Origin: an uncultured Candidatus Binatia bacterium
Lineage (GTDB): Bacteria; Desulfobacterota; Binatia; Bin18
Assembly (NCBI GenBank): GCA_965200965.1
Contig: OZ241744.1
Location: 2,656,001-2,720,000, forward strand
Length of the DNA stretch: 64,000 nt
Direction: 5' to 3'
Positions 1-9,688 of the stretch are shown in pieces. The position numbers and the translations under genes were made by a program. Under the pieces are notes generated by a model. The model searched no databases. It saw only the letters and a program-made list of their open reading frames with translations, and was not told the DNA's origin. Every line of letters starts with the position of its first letter. The stretch's first letter is position 1.

Positions 1-601
1 GAGGGATAAAGCGGATATCGCCCAACTCCAGCCGGGCGGCAAAGGCCGAGTAGTCGGCCACAATGGCGTCAAACACCTCCTGGCTGTAGGCCACGAGGTC
101 CATCTTGTTGATGGCGACGATGAGGTGTTTGATGCCTAGCAGCGAGGCGATAAAACTGTGGCGGCGGGTTTGGGTCAGTACGCCGTGGCGGGCATCAATC
201 AGAATAATGGCCAAGTCACAGCTCGAAGCCCCGGTGGCCATATTGCGCGTGTACTGTTCGTGGCCGGGCGTGTCGGCGATAATGAATTTGCGCCGGGCGG
301 TGGAAAAATAGCGGTAGGCGACATCAATGGTGATGCCTTGCTCGCGCTCGGCCTTGAGGCCGTCGGTCAACAGCGCGGGGTCAAAATCAGAGTCGGTTGT
401 TCCATAGCGCTGCGAGTCTTTTTTAATCGCGTCAAGCTGATCGTCATAGATCAGCTTTGAATCGTACAGCAGGCGGCCGATCAGGGTACTCTTGCCATCA
501 TCCACACTTCCACAGGTCAGGAAACGCAGCAGGTCTTTGCGTTCGTGTTGGGCCAGATAGGCTTCAATGTCGGTGGCGATGAGTTCGGATTGGTGCGACA
601 T
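1..601 (-). CDS. cysN: Sulfate adenylyltransferase subunit 1 (CysN/CysNC), 3' end runs off the window
   Basis: Read manually: [47 protein letters not shown]...[15 protein letters not shown]...[18 protein letters not shown]; lies downstream of cysD. Confidence 0.97.
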   Translation of the reverse strand, partial: MSHQSELIATDIEAYLAQHERKDLLRFLTCGSVDDGKSTLIGRLLYDSKLIYDDQLDAIKKDSQRYGTTDSDFDPALLTDGLKAEREQGITIDVAYRYFSTARRKFIIADTPGHEQYTRNMATGASSCDLAIILIDARHGVLTQTRRHSFIASLLGIKHLIVAINKMDLVAYSQEVFDAIVADYSAFAARLELGDIRFIP

Positions 602-623
602 GGTCGGCGGCTTCCGGCGAAGA

Positions 624-1550
624 CTAGAAATAGCCCTCTTTTTTCTTTTCTTCCATCGAACCGGCCTGGTCAAAGTCAATGACCCGGCCCTGGCGCTCTG
701 AATGCCTGGTCAGCAACATCTCTTGAATAATCAACGGCAAGGTGTCTGCCTGCGATTCCACCGCGCCGGTCAGGGGGTAGCAGCCCAGGGTGCGGAAGCG
801 GACCATCTTCATCTGGGGTTTTTCGCCCGGCCGCAGCGGCATCCGCTCGTCGTCAACCATGATCCACACCCCGTCCCGGTCAACAACCGGCCGCTCCTTG
901 GCATAGTACAGCGGGACGAGCGGGATCTGCTCCAGGTAGACGTACTGCCACACATCAAGCTCGGTCCAGTTTGACAGCGGAAACACCCGGATGCTCTCGC
1001 CCTTGTCAATGGTCGCGTTGTAGATGTTCCACAGCTCGGGACGCTGATTTTTGGGGTCCCAGCGGTGCTTGCGGTCCCGAAACGAATACACCCGCTCTTT
1101 GGCCCGCGATTTTTCTTCATCGCGCCGGGCACCGCCAAAGGCGGCGTCAAAACGGTAGCGATCAAGTGCCTGTTTGAGCGCCTCGGTCTTCATGATCGCG
1201 GTGTGTTTTTTCGAGCCGTGGGTGAACGGATTGATCCCGGCTCGGCGGCCCTCTTCGTTGATGTAGACGATCAACTTCAAGCCTAACTCTTGCCGGACAT
1301 ACGAGTCGCGGAAGGCGATCATGTCCCGAAACTTCCAGGTCGTGTCAACATGGAGGAGTGGAAACGGGGGTTTGCCCGGATAAAAGGCTTTGCGCGCCAA
1401 GTGGAGCATGACCGCCGAATCCTTGCCGATGGAGTACAACATGACCGGATTTTCAAACTCGGCGGCTACCTCCCGGATAATATGGATGCTTTCGGCCTCA
1501 AGACTGCGTAAGTGGCTCAGCCCACGCGCCTGTGCGTCGTCGGTTGTCAT
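624..1550 (-). CDS. cysD: Sulfate adenylyltransferase subunit 2
   Basis: [48 protein letters not shown]-terminal KKEGYF; start taken at MTTDD (1550). Confidence 0.97.
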   Translation of the reverse strand: MTTDDAQARGLSHLRSLEAESIHIIREVAAEFENPVMLYSIGKDSAVMLHLARKAFYPGKPPFPLLHVDTTWKFRDMIAFRDSYVRQELGLKLIVYINEEGRRAGINPFTHGSKKHTAIMKTEALKQALDRYRFDAAFGGARRDEEKSRAKERVYSFRDRKHRWDPKNQRPELWNIYNATIDKGESIRVFPLSNWTELDVWQYVYLEQIPLVPLYYAKERPVVDRDGVWIMVDDERMPLRPGEKPQMKMVRFRTLGCYPLTGAVESQADTLPLIIQEMLLTRHSERQGRVIDFDQAGSMEEKKKEGYF

Positions 1551-2305
1551 CGTGTCTCTTGTCCGAGGTGTGGGGGTTGGCCGCACACCGCGCAGTCGGG
1601 GTCCTTGTTGACCGGCCGGTCGCTGAAGCGGAGTTGAGGAAACTGACACGCAAACACCCGGCTCGGAGCAGCGGGGCCAAGCCCGATCACGCATTTCAGG
1701 GCTTCAGTCGCCTGGAACGCTCCCCAGAACAGGTCGGCCAGCCGCGCAAACGCCGTGCCGCCATGCTCCGGGGTGCAGCGCTTTTGTTCAACCGGCTGAC
1801 ACGCCCAGCAGGCCGCGTCCGGCCCGCCCTGACCTACAAACAAGCGTCGCTGCGAGGGCTGAGCCCAGCCGCAACACACACGCTGGCCGACCCTGCCGCA
1901 GTGGTCCACGAGCGGGTCAGGTTCGGAGACCACCAAGTCATAGGCGGCGGTGGGCGGAACCGCATCCGCGTCATGCCGCACGACGCGACAGTCGGGGTTC
2001 AAACGTTCGAGCGTGGCCACGACCGGGTCGTCCGGCTCGCTCAAAGCGGACGATGCGTTCTTCCTGGTCTGATGGTCATCATCGGCCACTTTGCCGGCAA
2101 GGGCTGAAAAGACCACCAGCCGCTCGCCGCAGCGAAGCCCAATGGTACCGACTCCGGCAGCCGCCAAGTAGAGCAGGGTCGTTGTCTGGAGGGCACCGCC
2201 GTTCACCAGCACCCTGGTCCGCAGCAGTGTTTCCTGGCCTTTGCCGCCCAACTGGGGCAGAATGATTTGACGGCTGTAGCGTTCGATGTGGGCCTCAGAC
2301 AGCAT
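1547..2305 (-). CDS. Degenerate ThiF/MoeB/E1-like protein (keeps RYSRQ arm and both CxxC; lacks P-loop and SNLxRQ)
   Basis: [48 protein letters not shown]; GxGGxG replaced by VNGGALQ. Confidence 0.85.
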   Translation of the reverse strand: MLSEAHIERYSRQIILPQLGGKGQETLLRTRVLVNGGALQTTTLLYLAAAGVGTIGLRCGERLVVFSALAGKVADDDHQTRKNASSALSEPDDPVVATLERLNPDCRVVRHDADAVPPTAAYDLVVSEPDPLVDHCGRVGQRVCCGWAQPSQRRLFVGQGGPDAACWACQPVEQKRCTPEHGGTAFARLADLFWGAFQATEALKCVIGLGPAAPSRVFACQFPQLRFSDRPVNKDPDCAVCGQPPHLGQETR

Positions 2306-2329
2306 GAGAACAGGGGGGCCGATGGGCCT

Positions 2330-2626
2330 TCAGGCATGTTCGTTTGATCCGCTTCCTCCGGCGATGGCCGGGACAATAGAGACCTCGTCGCCGTCTTTGA
2401 GGGCTGTGTCAAGATTGTCGGAGAAACGGATGTCGTCGCCGTTCACAAAGATATTGACAAAGCGGCGGATATTCCCCTGATCGTCACAAATCCGTTCTTT
2501 GATCCCCGGGTGGTTCTGTTCGATATCGTTGACCACGGCAGAGATTGTCTCGCCCTCTGCACGGACTTCTTCGGCACCGCCGGTGAAACGACGCAGGGGG
2601 GTTGGTATCCGCACCTGGACACTCAT
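2330..2626 (-). CDS. MoaD/ThiS/CysO-family ubiquitin-like sulfur carrier with a C-terminal extension after GG
   Basis: MSVQVRIPTPLRRFT...FVNIFVNGDDIRF...EVSIVPAIAGG-SGSNEHA; GAGGAGG SD upstream of 2626. Confidence 0.93.
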   Translation of the reverse strand: MSVQVRIPTPLRRFTGGAEEVRAEGETISAVVNDIEQNHPGIKERICDDQGNIRRFVNIFVNGDDIRFSDNLDTALKDGDEVSIVPAIAGGSGSNEHA

Positions 2627-2671
2627 ACCGGACACCTCCTCATACAGAATGCTCTTCACTGTGACGGTTTT

Positions 2672-3946
2672 CTATGACGAAGGCAAGGCCGGAATGCGAA
2701 CTTTTGCCAGCGGTGTGGTTGCCTGGTACAGGGCGTCAAACTCGGCGAGGCGGGCGTCTATGGTCTGCGGTTTGGCCAGCTGTCCAAGGGCCGCCTCCAC
2801 GGTCTTATAGCCGTTGCCGGTAATACATATCACGACCGACTCGTCGCGCGGTATACGCCCCTGTTCAATGAGCTTTTTGGTGGCCGCGACGGTCGTGCCG
2901 CCGGCCGGCTCGGTAAAAATCCCCTCGGTGTGGGCCAGCAGGTGCATGCCGGCCACGATGTCCTGGTCTGTCACCGCTTCGCCCCAGCCGCCCGACTCGC
3001 GGACCGCCTGGAGGACAGCGTAGCCGTCGGCCGGGTTGCCAATGGCGATGGATGTGGCAATGGTGTCCGGCTTGACCGGGGCAATCCGGTCTGTGCCGGT
3101 GTGCAGCGCGGCGACAACCGGCGCACTCCCGGCGGCCTGGGCGGTATACAGTGTGGGCCGCGGCCCGCCCTCAACCAAGCCGACTGTCTGGAGTTCGTCA
3201 AACGCCTTGGCCACCTTGGGCAGAAGCGTGCCGCCCGCGGTTGGCACAACAACGTGCTGGGGCAGCCGCCAGCCGAGTTGTTCGGCTATCTCAAACGCGT
3301 AGGTTTTGGCCCCTTCGGTGTAATATGGCCGGAGGGTGATGTTGACAAACGCCCAGCCATATTTATCGGCAATCTCGCTACACAGCCGGTTCACGTCATC
3401 GTAGTTGCCACGGATGGCGACCGTCTGCGGGCCATAGATCATTGAGCCGACTACCTTCCCCTGTTCAAGGTCGGCCGGAATAAAAATGCAACAGCGCAGC
3501 CCGGCCCGAGCCGCGTGGGCCGAGACCGAGTTGGCCAGATTGCCAGTTGAGGCGCACGACACCGTCTCAAAACCAAACTCGAGCGCTTTTGACAGCGCGA
3601 CCGGGACGACCCGGTCCTTGTACGAAAATGTCGGATGATTGACCGAATCGTCCTTGACATACAGTTCTTCGAGGCCGAGGGCGGCGGCCAGCCGGTCGGC
3701 TTTGACCAGCGGGGTACAGCCGCTGTGGAGGCCGATTGTCGGCGGTCGGCTGAGAGGCAGGAGTTCGTGATAACGCCACAGCGAGGCCGGCCGCGCGGCA
3801 ACCGTCTGGCGAGACATGACGCGGCGGACGAGGGCGTAGTCATACTCTACTTCGAGCGGCCCAAAACACATTTCACACACATGGACGGGAGTGACAGGAT
3901 AGTCCTGTCCGCACTCACAACAGCGTAAACCGGTAACAGTGTTCAT
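2672..3946 (-). CDS. thrC: Threonine synthase-like PLP enzyme with N-terminal Zn ribbon
   Basis: CCECG...CEMCFGPLEV, NHPTFSYKDR, ASTGNLANS, EGAKT, EPAGG, ITGNGYK. Confidence 0.85.
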   Translation of the reverse strand: MNTVTGLRCCECGQDYPVTPVHVCEMCFGPLEVEYDYALVRRVMSRQTVAARPASLWRYHELLPLSRPPTIGLHSGCTPLVKADRLAAALGLEELYVKDDSVNHPTFSYKDRVVPVALSKALEFGFETVSCASTGNLANSVSAHAARAGLRCCIFIPADLEQGKVVGSMIYGPQTVAIRGNYDDVNRLCSEIADKYGWAFVNITLRPYYTEGAKTYAFEIAEQLGWRLPQHVVVPTAGGTLLPKVAKAFDELQTVGLVEGGPRPTLYTAQAAGSAPVVAALHTGTDRIAPVKPDTIATSIAIGNPADGYAVLQAVRESGGWGEAVTDQDIVAGMHLLAHTEGIFTEPAGGTTVAATKKLIEQGRIPRDESVVICITGNGYKTVEAALGQLAKPQTIDARLAEFDALYQATTPLAKVRIPALPSS

Positions 3947-3988
3947 AGCTATCCTTGGCAAAGAAAGGTCCTGGCGGGGCGGCTGTTC

Positions 3989-4741
3989 TCAGTTGAGTTG
4001 ACACAGCCCGGCTTCGTCGTAGCATTCGGACCGAAGGCTGGTGATGGTGGGCCGAGGGCCGCACACCGGACAGCGCGGGTTGGGTTTGAAGCGAACCTCG
4101 CGCCAGCGCGCAAGCTGGGCGTCGTAGGTCAGCAGGCGGTCGGTCAGCAGCCCCGGGCTGCCGCTCAGATATTTGACCGCCTCAATCGCCTGGAGCAGGC
4201 CCAAGGTGCCGGCCGCGCTGCCGAGCACACCGGCCTCTTGACAGATTGGCATCTCATCTGGGGAGGGCGGAACCGGAAATAAGCACCGCAGGCAGGTGGT
4301 TTGTCTCGGCAAGACAGTGAGGGTCTGGCCCTGAAACTGGACAATCCCAGCGTAGGAAAATGGTTTGCCGAGTAAAACCGCAGCGTCATTGATCATGAAC
4401 TTTGTGGCGATCCCGTCGGTCGCGTCAATCACAAAATCGTACTCCTGGAAGACGGCACTCAGATTGTCCAGCGTGAGCCGCTCGGGGTAGGTCCTCAGTC
4501 GGCTGGTGGGCCGCAGACGGGACAGCTTGTCGCCGGCAGATTCTACTTTGGGGCGCTGGAGGTCGGGCGTGAAGTGCAGGACCTGACGTTGCAGATTGGA
4601 CACATCAACCAAGTCTGGATCAATCAGGCCAATAGTGCTGACCCCGGCCAGAGCCAGAGCCAGGGCCGCGGGACAGCCCAGCCCGCCAATCCCGACAACC
4701 AGCACCGACCCGCCTACAGCGGTATCCAGTCCGGCATCCAT
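3989..4741 (-). CDS. ThiF/MoeB/E1-like adenylyltransferase lacking the N-terminal RYSRQ arm
   Basis: VLVVGIGGLG, DPDLVDVSNLQRQ, DATD, CLRC, CQEAGVLG, CPVCG; GAGGA SD 7 nt before the ATG. Confidence 0.93.
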   Translation of the reverse strand: MDAGLDTAVGGSVLVVGIGGLGCPAALALALAGVSTIGLIDPDLVDVSNLQRQVLHFTPDLQRPKVESAGDKLSRLRPTSRLRTYPERLTLDNLSAVFQEYDFVIDATDGIATKFMINDAAVLLGKPFSYAGIVQFQGQTLTVLPRQTTCLRCLFPVPPSPDEMPICQEAGVLGSAAGTLGLLQAIEAVKYLSGSPGLLTDRLLTYDAQLARWREVRFKPNPRCPVCGPRPTITSLRSECYDEAGLCQLN

Positions 4742-5835
4742 TCGCGTATCCTCAGCATCGGGTCCTGCTCTTCTTCCAGGTCTTCTTCCTCCTCTTCGGT
4801 CGGTCTGCTTGCCCAGGGCAGGAAACGGCGCAAGCCCTGGGCCGGTTTTTCTTCCTCAAGCCCAGCCAGCCGGCGTTCTTCCCTCTCCCGCATATGTTTT
4901 TTGTTGGCCTCTTCGATCCGTTTGAGTTCCTCGCGGCGGTCTTCCAGGGCTTCGGCCCGAATTGTGGCCTCGTCTTTGCGCAACTCGGTAATGAGCTGCA
5001 ACAACGGATCAAGGCTGGGAGCGGGCAGACCGGCCATATCCGCGCTGGGCGTGCCGACTTCCTGGCCGTCTTCCGGCGAAGCGACTTCTTCGGTCAGAGC
5101 GCCGATTTGTTCCAACTGCTTGATCTGTTCGACAGAAAGGGGGGTGTTCGCCCGAAAATCGTAGGCGTTAGCCGCCAGGGCGGCTAACGCCGGTTCGCGC
5201 TCCAGGGTCAGGACTTCTTCCAGTCTGGCCAGGGCCTCAGTACTGGCCTCGGTTTCAGGGTAGTGCTCAACCAGCGACCGCAGGCGGACCCTGGCCGCAA
5301 ACAAATGCCCGATCCTCTGATACTGAACGCTAATGCCGAGTATGCTCGACGCCAGCGACTCGCGGCACTCCCGGCTCTTTTCCTCGGCCAGGGCGCGGAA
5401 ACCGCTGTCGGGGTAACGCTCAAGCACAATCTGGAAATGTTTGTAGGCGTTTTGGGTCACGGCCTGGTCGCGGTCCGGCGAGCGCATCTGCTCCAGATAC
5501 GACATGCCTCGATAGTACTCGACAAACGGCAGGTGTGGACTGGTCGGATAGCTGCGCTCAAAGTCGTTGAAGGAGGCAATCCCGTCGCTGTACTCCCCAT
5601 CGAGATAGTACGAATAGGCGATTTTGAGTTGCGCTTCCTCGGCGTAGGGATTGAGCGGGTATTGGTCGAGCAGATCGCGGAAGTTCTCGGTGGCAATGTT
5701 ATAGTCCTCATCCTGATAGGCTTTTTCCGCGGTATCAAAATACTCTTTGGCCGACGGGCGTTTGACCACCGAGGTACAGCCGGCCAGCCACACCAGGAGC
5801 AGCAGCCCCGCCAACAGCCTGATCTCTCTCCGCAT
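4714..5835 (-). CDS. bamD: Outer membrane protein assembly lipoprotein BamD with long charged C-terminal tail
   Basis: Lipobox LAGC, TPR-like helices, YPLNPYAEEAQL, DRDQ motif, YPDS. Confidence 0.88.
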   Translation of the reverse strand: MRREIRLLAGLLLLVWLAGCTSVVKRPSAKEYFDTAEKAYQDEDYNIATENFRDLLDQYPLNPYAEEAQLKIAYSYYLDGEYSDGIASFNDFERSYPTSPHLPFVEYYRGMSYLEQMRSPDRDQAVTQNAYKHFQIVLERYPDSGFRALAEEKSRECRESLASSILGISVQYQRIGHLFAARVRLRSLVEHYPETEASTEALARLEEVLTLEREPALAALAANAYDFRANTPLSVEQIKQLEQIGALTEEVASPEDGQEVGTPSADMAGLPAPSLDPLLQLITELRKDEATIRAEALEDRREELKRIEEANKKHMREREERRLAGLEEEKPAQGLRRFLPWASRPTEEEEEDLEEEQDPMLRIREWMPDWIPL

Positions 5836-6063
5836 GACCCTGCCATGCTAGAGGATTGTCCAGGGACTTGTCAACGTGCCGGGGTCTGGCAGAGGCCCGG
5901 CGTTTCGCGTCAACACTGCGCCGGGCAACCGCTGCAACGGCCCTGGCTTCCGCAGTTCCACCTGCTCTGATGTTCTCTTTTCTCTCCGCTCACCGACGCA
6001 GGACCGTCCCCGCTCCGCTCTCCACTTGTGCTCCCCCAGTCGCTGTGAAACAACGAACACAGC

Positions 6064-7260
6064 ATGAATCAGCGCGTGTTCTCTACGCTCAACATTGCCG
6101 TGTTTACCTCCATGCTGGGCATGGGCATCGTGATCCCCTTCATGCCCATCTACGCCAGGACCTTAGGGGCAAGCGGCATCACCATCGGCCTCTTCTTTGC
6201 CAGCTTTCCCCTGGCCCAGATGGTGTTCATGCCGCTGATCGGCCGACTCTCAGACCGGCATGGCCGCAAGGCCTTCATCACCGCCGGCCTGGCGGCCAGC
6301 AGCCTGCTGTCGGTGTGGTATGTGTACGCCCCAAACATGCTGTCTCTGACCCTAGGGCGTTTTCTCCAGGGTACCGCGGTGGCCCTGACCCTGCCGATTG
6401 CCACCGCCTATGTGGGCGACATCGCCCCGCCCGAAAAGCGCGGCACGCTGATGGGTATTTTTAATCTGTCCATAACCAGCAGCATCGGTCTGGGGCCGCT
6501 GGCCGGCGGTTGGCTGAGCGATCAGTACGGCATGGAGACCAGCTTCTATTGGATGGGGGCGTTGAACGCCCTGGCCTGCGGCCTGGTCCTGGTCCTGCTG
6601 CCGGCCTCTCCGGCCGCGGACGCGACGGCCAGCCGGCGGGCCTCATACCGGCAACTGTTGGCCCGCCCACGGGTCAAGGGGCTGGCCCTGTACCGCGTGG
6701 TCAACACTATCCAGATGGGGCTGTGGTTTTCGTTTCTGCCGCTGCTGGGTACTGAGGTCCTCCAGTTGAACCACACCATGATCGGCTGGGCGATTGCGTG
6801 CTATATGCTGGTCAGCTCCCTGGTCCAGGTGCCGTTTGGCCGCATGGCCGACCGCTTCAGCAAGCGCCTGCTCATCATCGCCAGCGGTCTGGTCGGTTCG
6901 TGTGTGTTTGCCTTCATATTTTTCGCGTGGACCTTCTGGCACCTGATGCTGATTGCCGCGGTTACTGGCGCAATGGGTGCGATGGCTATGCCGGCCCTCA
7001 ACGCCCTGGCCGCAGAGGAGGGCCAGGACGGGAATATGGGCGCGGTCATGGGTATGCTGAATATGGCCATGAGCGTCGGCATGATGCTGGGGCCGGTCTT
7101 AGGCGGCCTGGCGCTTGACATTTCCGGCTTGCGGCCCTTGTTTCTGTTCGGTGCCGTAGCCGGCCTGCTCGGTACCGTCGGCTTTGCCCGGCTGACTGCC
7201 GTCCCAGGCCCGGCGCTGGCCGCACCGCGCCTGGCCGAAGGCCCCACCGAAGCCGGCTAG
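6064..7260 (+). CDS. MFS transporter (DHA1/TetA-like)
   Basis: About 12 hydrophobic segments; GRLSDRHGRK and GRMADRFSKR motif A copies. Confidence 0.93.
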   Translation: MNQRVFSTLNIAVFTSMLGMGIVIPFMPIYARTLGASGITIGLFFASFPLAQMVFMPLIGRLSDRHGRKAFITAGLAASSLLSVWYVYAPNMLSLTLGRFLQGTAVALTLPIATAYVGDIAPPEKRGTLMGIFNLSITSSIGLGPLAGGWLSDQYGMETSFYWMGALNALACGLVLVLLPASPAADATASRRASYRQLLARPRVKGLALYRVVNTIQMGLWFSFLPLLGTEVLQLNHTMIGWAIACYMLVSSLVQVPFGRMADRFSKRLLIIASGLVGSCVFAFIFFAWTFWHLMLIAAVTGAMGAMAMPALNALAAEEGQDGNMGAVMGMLNMAMSVGMMLGPVLGGLALDISGLRPLFLFGAVAGLLGTVGFARLTAVPGPALAAPRLAEGPTEAG

Positions 7261-7284
7261 CCAACCCGCCCCGGAGAAAGACGC

Positions 7285-8706
7285 ATGGACAGCCACGCCA
7301 CCCGCCAGTTTGTCGAACGCGCCTGGACGGACAGAATTATCCCCGCCCTGACCGACTATTTGCGGATTCCAAACCAGTCGCCGGCCTATGACCCGGACTG
7401 GCAGACCAATGGCTATATGGACCAGGCGGTGGAGCTGGTCGCCGATTGGGTGCGGGCGCAGGACCTGCCCGGCCTCACCCTCGACGTGATCCGTCTCGAC
7501 GGGCGCACGCCGCTGGTGTTCATTGAGGTGCCCGGACAAACCCGGGAGACCGTGCTGTTGTACGGACACCTCGACAAGCAGCCACCCATGCACGGCTGGC
7601 ACGAGGGTCTCGGCCCGTGGACGCCGGTCATCGCCGACGGCAAGCTGTACGGCCGAGGCGGGGCCGACGACGGCTATGCCGGGTTTGCCTCCCTGACCGC
7701 CATCCGGGCTCTGCAACGCCAGGGGGTGCCCCACGCCCGGTGCGTCATCATCATCGAAGCCGACGAAGAGAGCGGCAGCAACGACCTGCCGCTTTATATC
7801 GACGTGCTCAAAGAGCGGATCGGCTCGCCGAGTCTGGTCATCTGTCTTGATTCCGGGTGTGGCAACTACGAGCAACTGTGGGTCACGAACTCGCTGCGGG
7901 GGATGGTGATGGGAACGCTGTCCGTCTCGACCCTGACCGAGGGCGTGCATTCCGGGGCTGCCAGTGGCATCGTGCCCTCCTCATTCCGCGTCCTGCGCCA
8001 AGTCCTCAGCCGTTTGGAAGACGAGCAAACGGGCCGCATCCTTCCCCCTGAGCTGTCCGCCGACATCCCCGACGAGCGCCTGCGTCAGACCGCGGCCGCG
8101 GCCCGGGTGTTGGGCTCGTCCGTCCCGGCCATGTTCCCGTTTCAGGCCGGCGGCACACCGGTGACAGGCAGTATCGAAGCCTTGCTGCTCAACCGGACGT
8201 GGCACCCCCAGCTCGAAATCACCGGCGCGGCAGGGCTGCCGTCGCTCGCCCAGGCCGGCAATGTCTTACGACCGCTCACCGCGGTCCAGGTCTCGCTGCG
8301 TCTGCCGCCTCTGGTCGCTCCAGACCGGGCGATGGCGTGTGTCAAGCAGGTGTTGGAGCAGGACCCACCGTATGGGGCTGCGGTCAGCTTTGCGCCGGGT
8401 ATGGGTGCCTCGGGCTGGAACGCGCCCGCGCTCGCCGCGTGGCTGGAGGAGTCCCTGAAGCGGGCGTCACGCGAGTTCTTTGGGCGTCCGGCGTGTTACA
8501 TGGGCGAGGGCGGAACGATTCCCTTCATGGGTATGTTGGGCGAGAAATTCCCCCAGGCCCAGTTCGTGATTACCGGCGTACTCGGCCCCCACTCAAACGC
8601 CCACGGGCCAAACGAGTTTCTCGAACTTGCAACCGGGGTGAAGCTGACCTGCTGTGTGGCCCGGGTCCTGGCCGACCACTGCACGGCAACTAGAAATGAT
8701 ACTTGA
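7285..8706 (+). CDS. M20/M25/M40 metallopeptidase (dipeptidase-like)
   Basis: YGHLDKQP, LYGRGGADDG, EESGS, HSG, NAHGPNE. Confidence 0.93.
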   Translation: MDSHATRQFVERAWTDRIIPALTDYLRIPNQSPAYDPDWQTNGYMDQAVELVADWVRAQDLPGLTLDVIRLDGRTPLVFIEVPGQTRETVLLYGHLDKQPPMHGWHEGLGPWTPVIADGKLYGRGGADDGYAGFASLTAIRALQRQGVPHARCVIIIEADEESGSNDLPLYIDVLKERIGSPSLVICLDSGCGNYEQLWVTNSLRGMVMGTLSVSTLTEGVHSGAASGIVPSSFRVLRQVLSRLEDEQTGRILPPELSADIPDERLRQTAAAARVLGSSVPAMFPFQAGGTPVTGSIEALLLNRTWHPQLEITGAAGLPSLAQAGNVLRPLTAVQVSLRLPPLVAPDRAMACVKQVLEQDPPYGAAVSFAPGMGASGWNAPALAAWLEESLKRASREFFGRPACYMGEGGTIPFMGMLGEKFPQAQFVITGVLGPHSNAHGPNEFLELATGVKLTCCVARVLADHCTATRNDT

Positions 8707-9622
8707 GGCTCAGGCTGACCCCGAACATCTCGATGTCGTCGGTCTTGAGGCGGCCTGACACCGGCTGGCTGCCATCGCGCCGGCGGTTGGGCGGGTGGCT
8801 GCGCAACGGGTCCCACACGACCCTGTCGTTGAACGAGTCAAAGTTGACCCAGCGGCCTTTTACGCCCAGCGACAGCGATTCGGTCAGCGCATAGTCCACC
8901 CCGAATAACACCTGGTAGCCGAACAGGGTGTCGTTCAGTTCATCCTGGAGACTGCTGGTCGTACCGGCCAAGTTGCGGCGGATCACGGCGGCGTTGGACC
9001 GTCCCTGGCCGGTGGTGATGGCGGCAGGGTCGGGGTTGCGGGCCCACAGGCTACCGTAGTCCATATCGGTGAAACCCACGCCAATGCCAAAGCCGATATA
9101 CGGGGTGAAACGGCTGGTGTTGAAGAAGTCATAGTACAGGTTACCGAACAGATTATGCGAGGTCACGCAGCCGACCCGGTCTTCGGCTTTGAGCAGTTCG
9201 CCGCCCAGCTTTGCCGGGGTCGATCCGCCCGTACCGGCCAGGGCGGAGGTCTGGTTGTATTCCGAGTCACGGTAGAAGTATTCCAACTCCAACCGCACGC
9301 CGCCCAGCAGTTGATCCGGGAACTTGTGCCGCAGGCTGTAGCCGGCCGTGACACCGGCCAGAATGCCCTCGGCGGTGCCCATGTCATTCACCCACTCACT
9401 CAGACCCTGGGTGGCGCACTCCGGCAGGCTCGGGGCTAAGGGGTTGATGAACTCGTCACAGTCGCTCGGCCCGTCATAGGCGGTTCCGTCAAGGTTCAGG
9501 CTTGAGGCGAAGTTGGCCCCCAAATCGCTGCTCAGATAGAAGCCCGAGCCGGCCCGCGCCAAGCTGGGCGCAAGTGCGCCTATGGCGATACAGCAGAGCG
9601 TGACTGAAAGAGCGTGTCGCAT
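8690..9622 (-). CDS. Outer membrane beta-barrel protein (opacity/OmpA-like surface antigen), paralog 1
   Basis: Signal peptide, RLELEYFYR, NLYYDF, FTPYIGFGIG, YQVLFGVDY, terminal LKYHF. Confidence 0.85.
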   Translation of the reverse strand: MRHALSVTLCCIAIGALAPSLARAGSGFYLSSDLGANFASSLNLDGTAYDGPSDCDEFINPLAPSLPECATQGLSEWVNDMGTAEGILAGVTAGYSLRHKFPDQLLGGVRLELEYFYRDSEYNQTSALAGTGGSTPAKLGGELLKAEDRVGCVTSHNLFGNLYYDFFNTSRFTPYIGFGIGVGFTDMDYGSLWARNPDPAAITTGQGRSNAAVIRRNLAGTTSSLQDELNDTLFGYQVLFGVDYALTESLSLGVKGRWVNFDSFNDRVVWDPLRSHPPNRRRDGSQPVSGRLKTDDIEMFGVSLSLKYHF

Positions 9623-9688
9623 ACTCCGTCCTCTCTTCAAGGGGAGCCACTTGTAGCCAAACCGGGTGGTCGGGTCAAGGCCGGGCGG

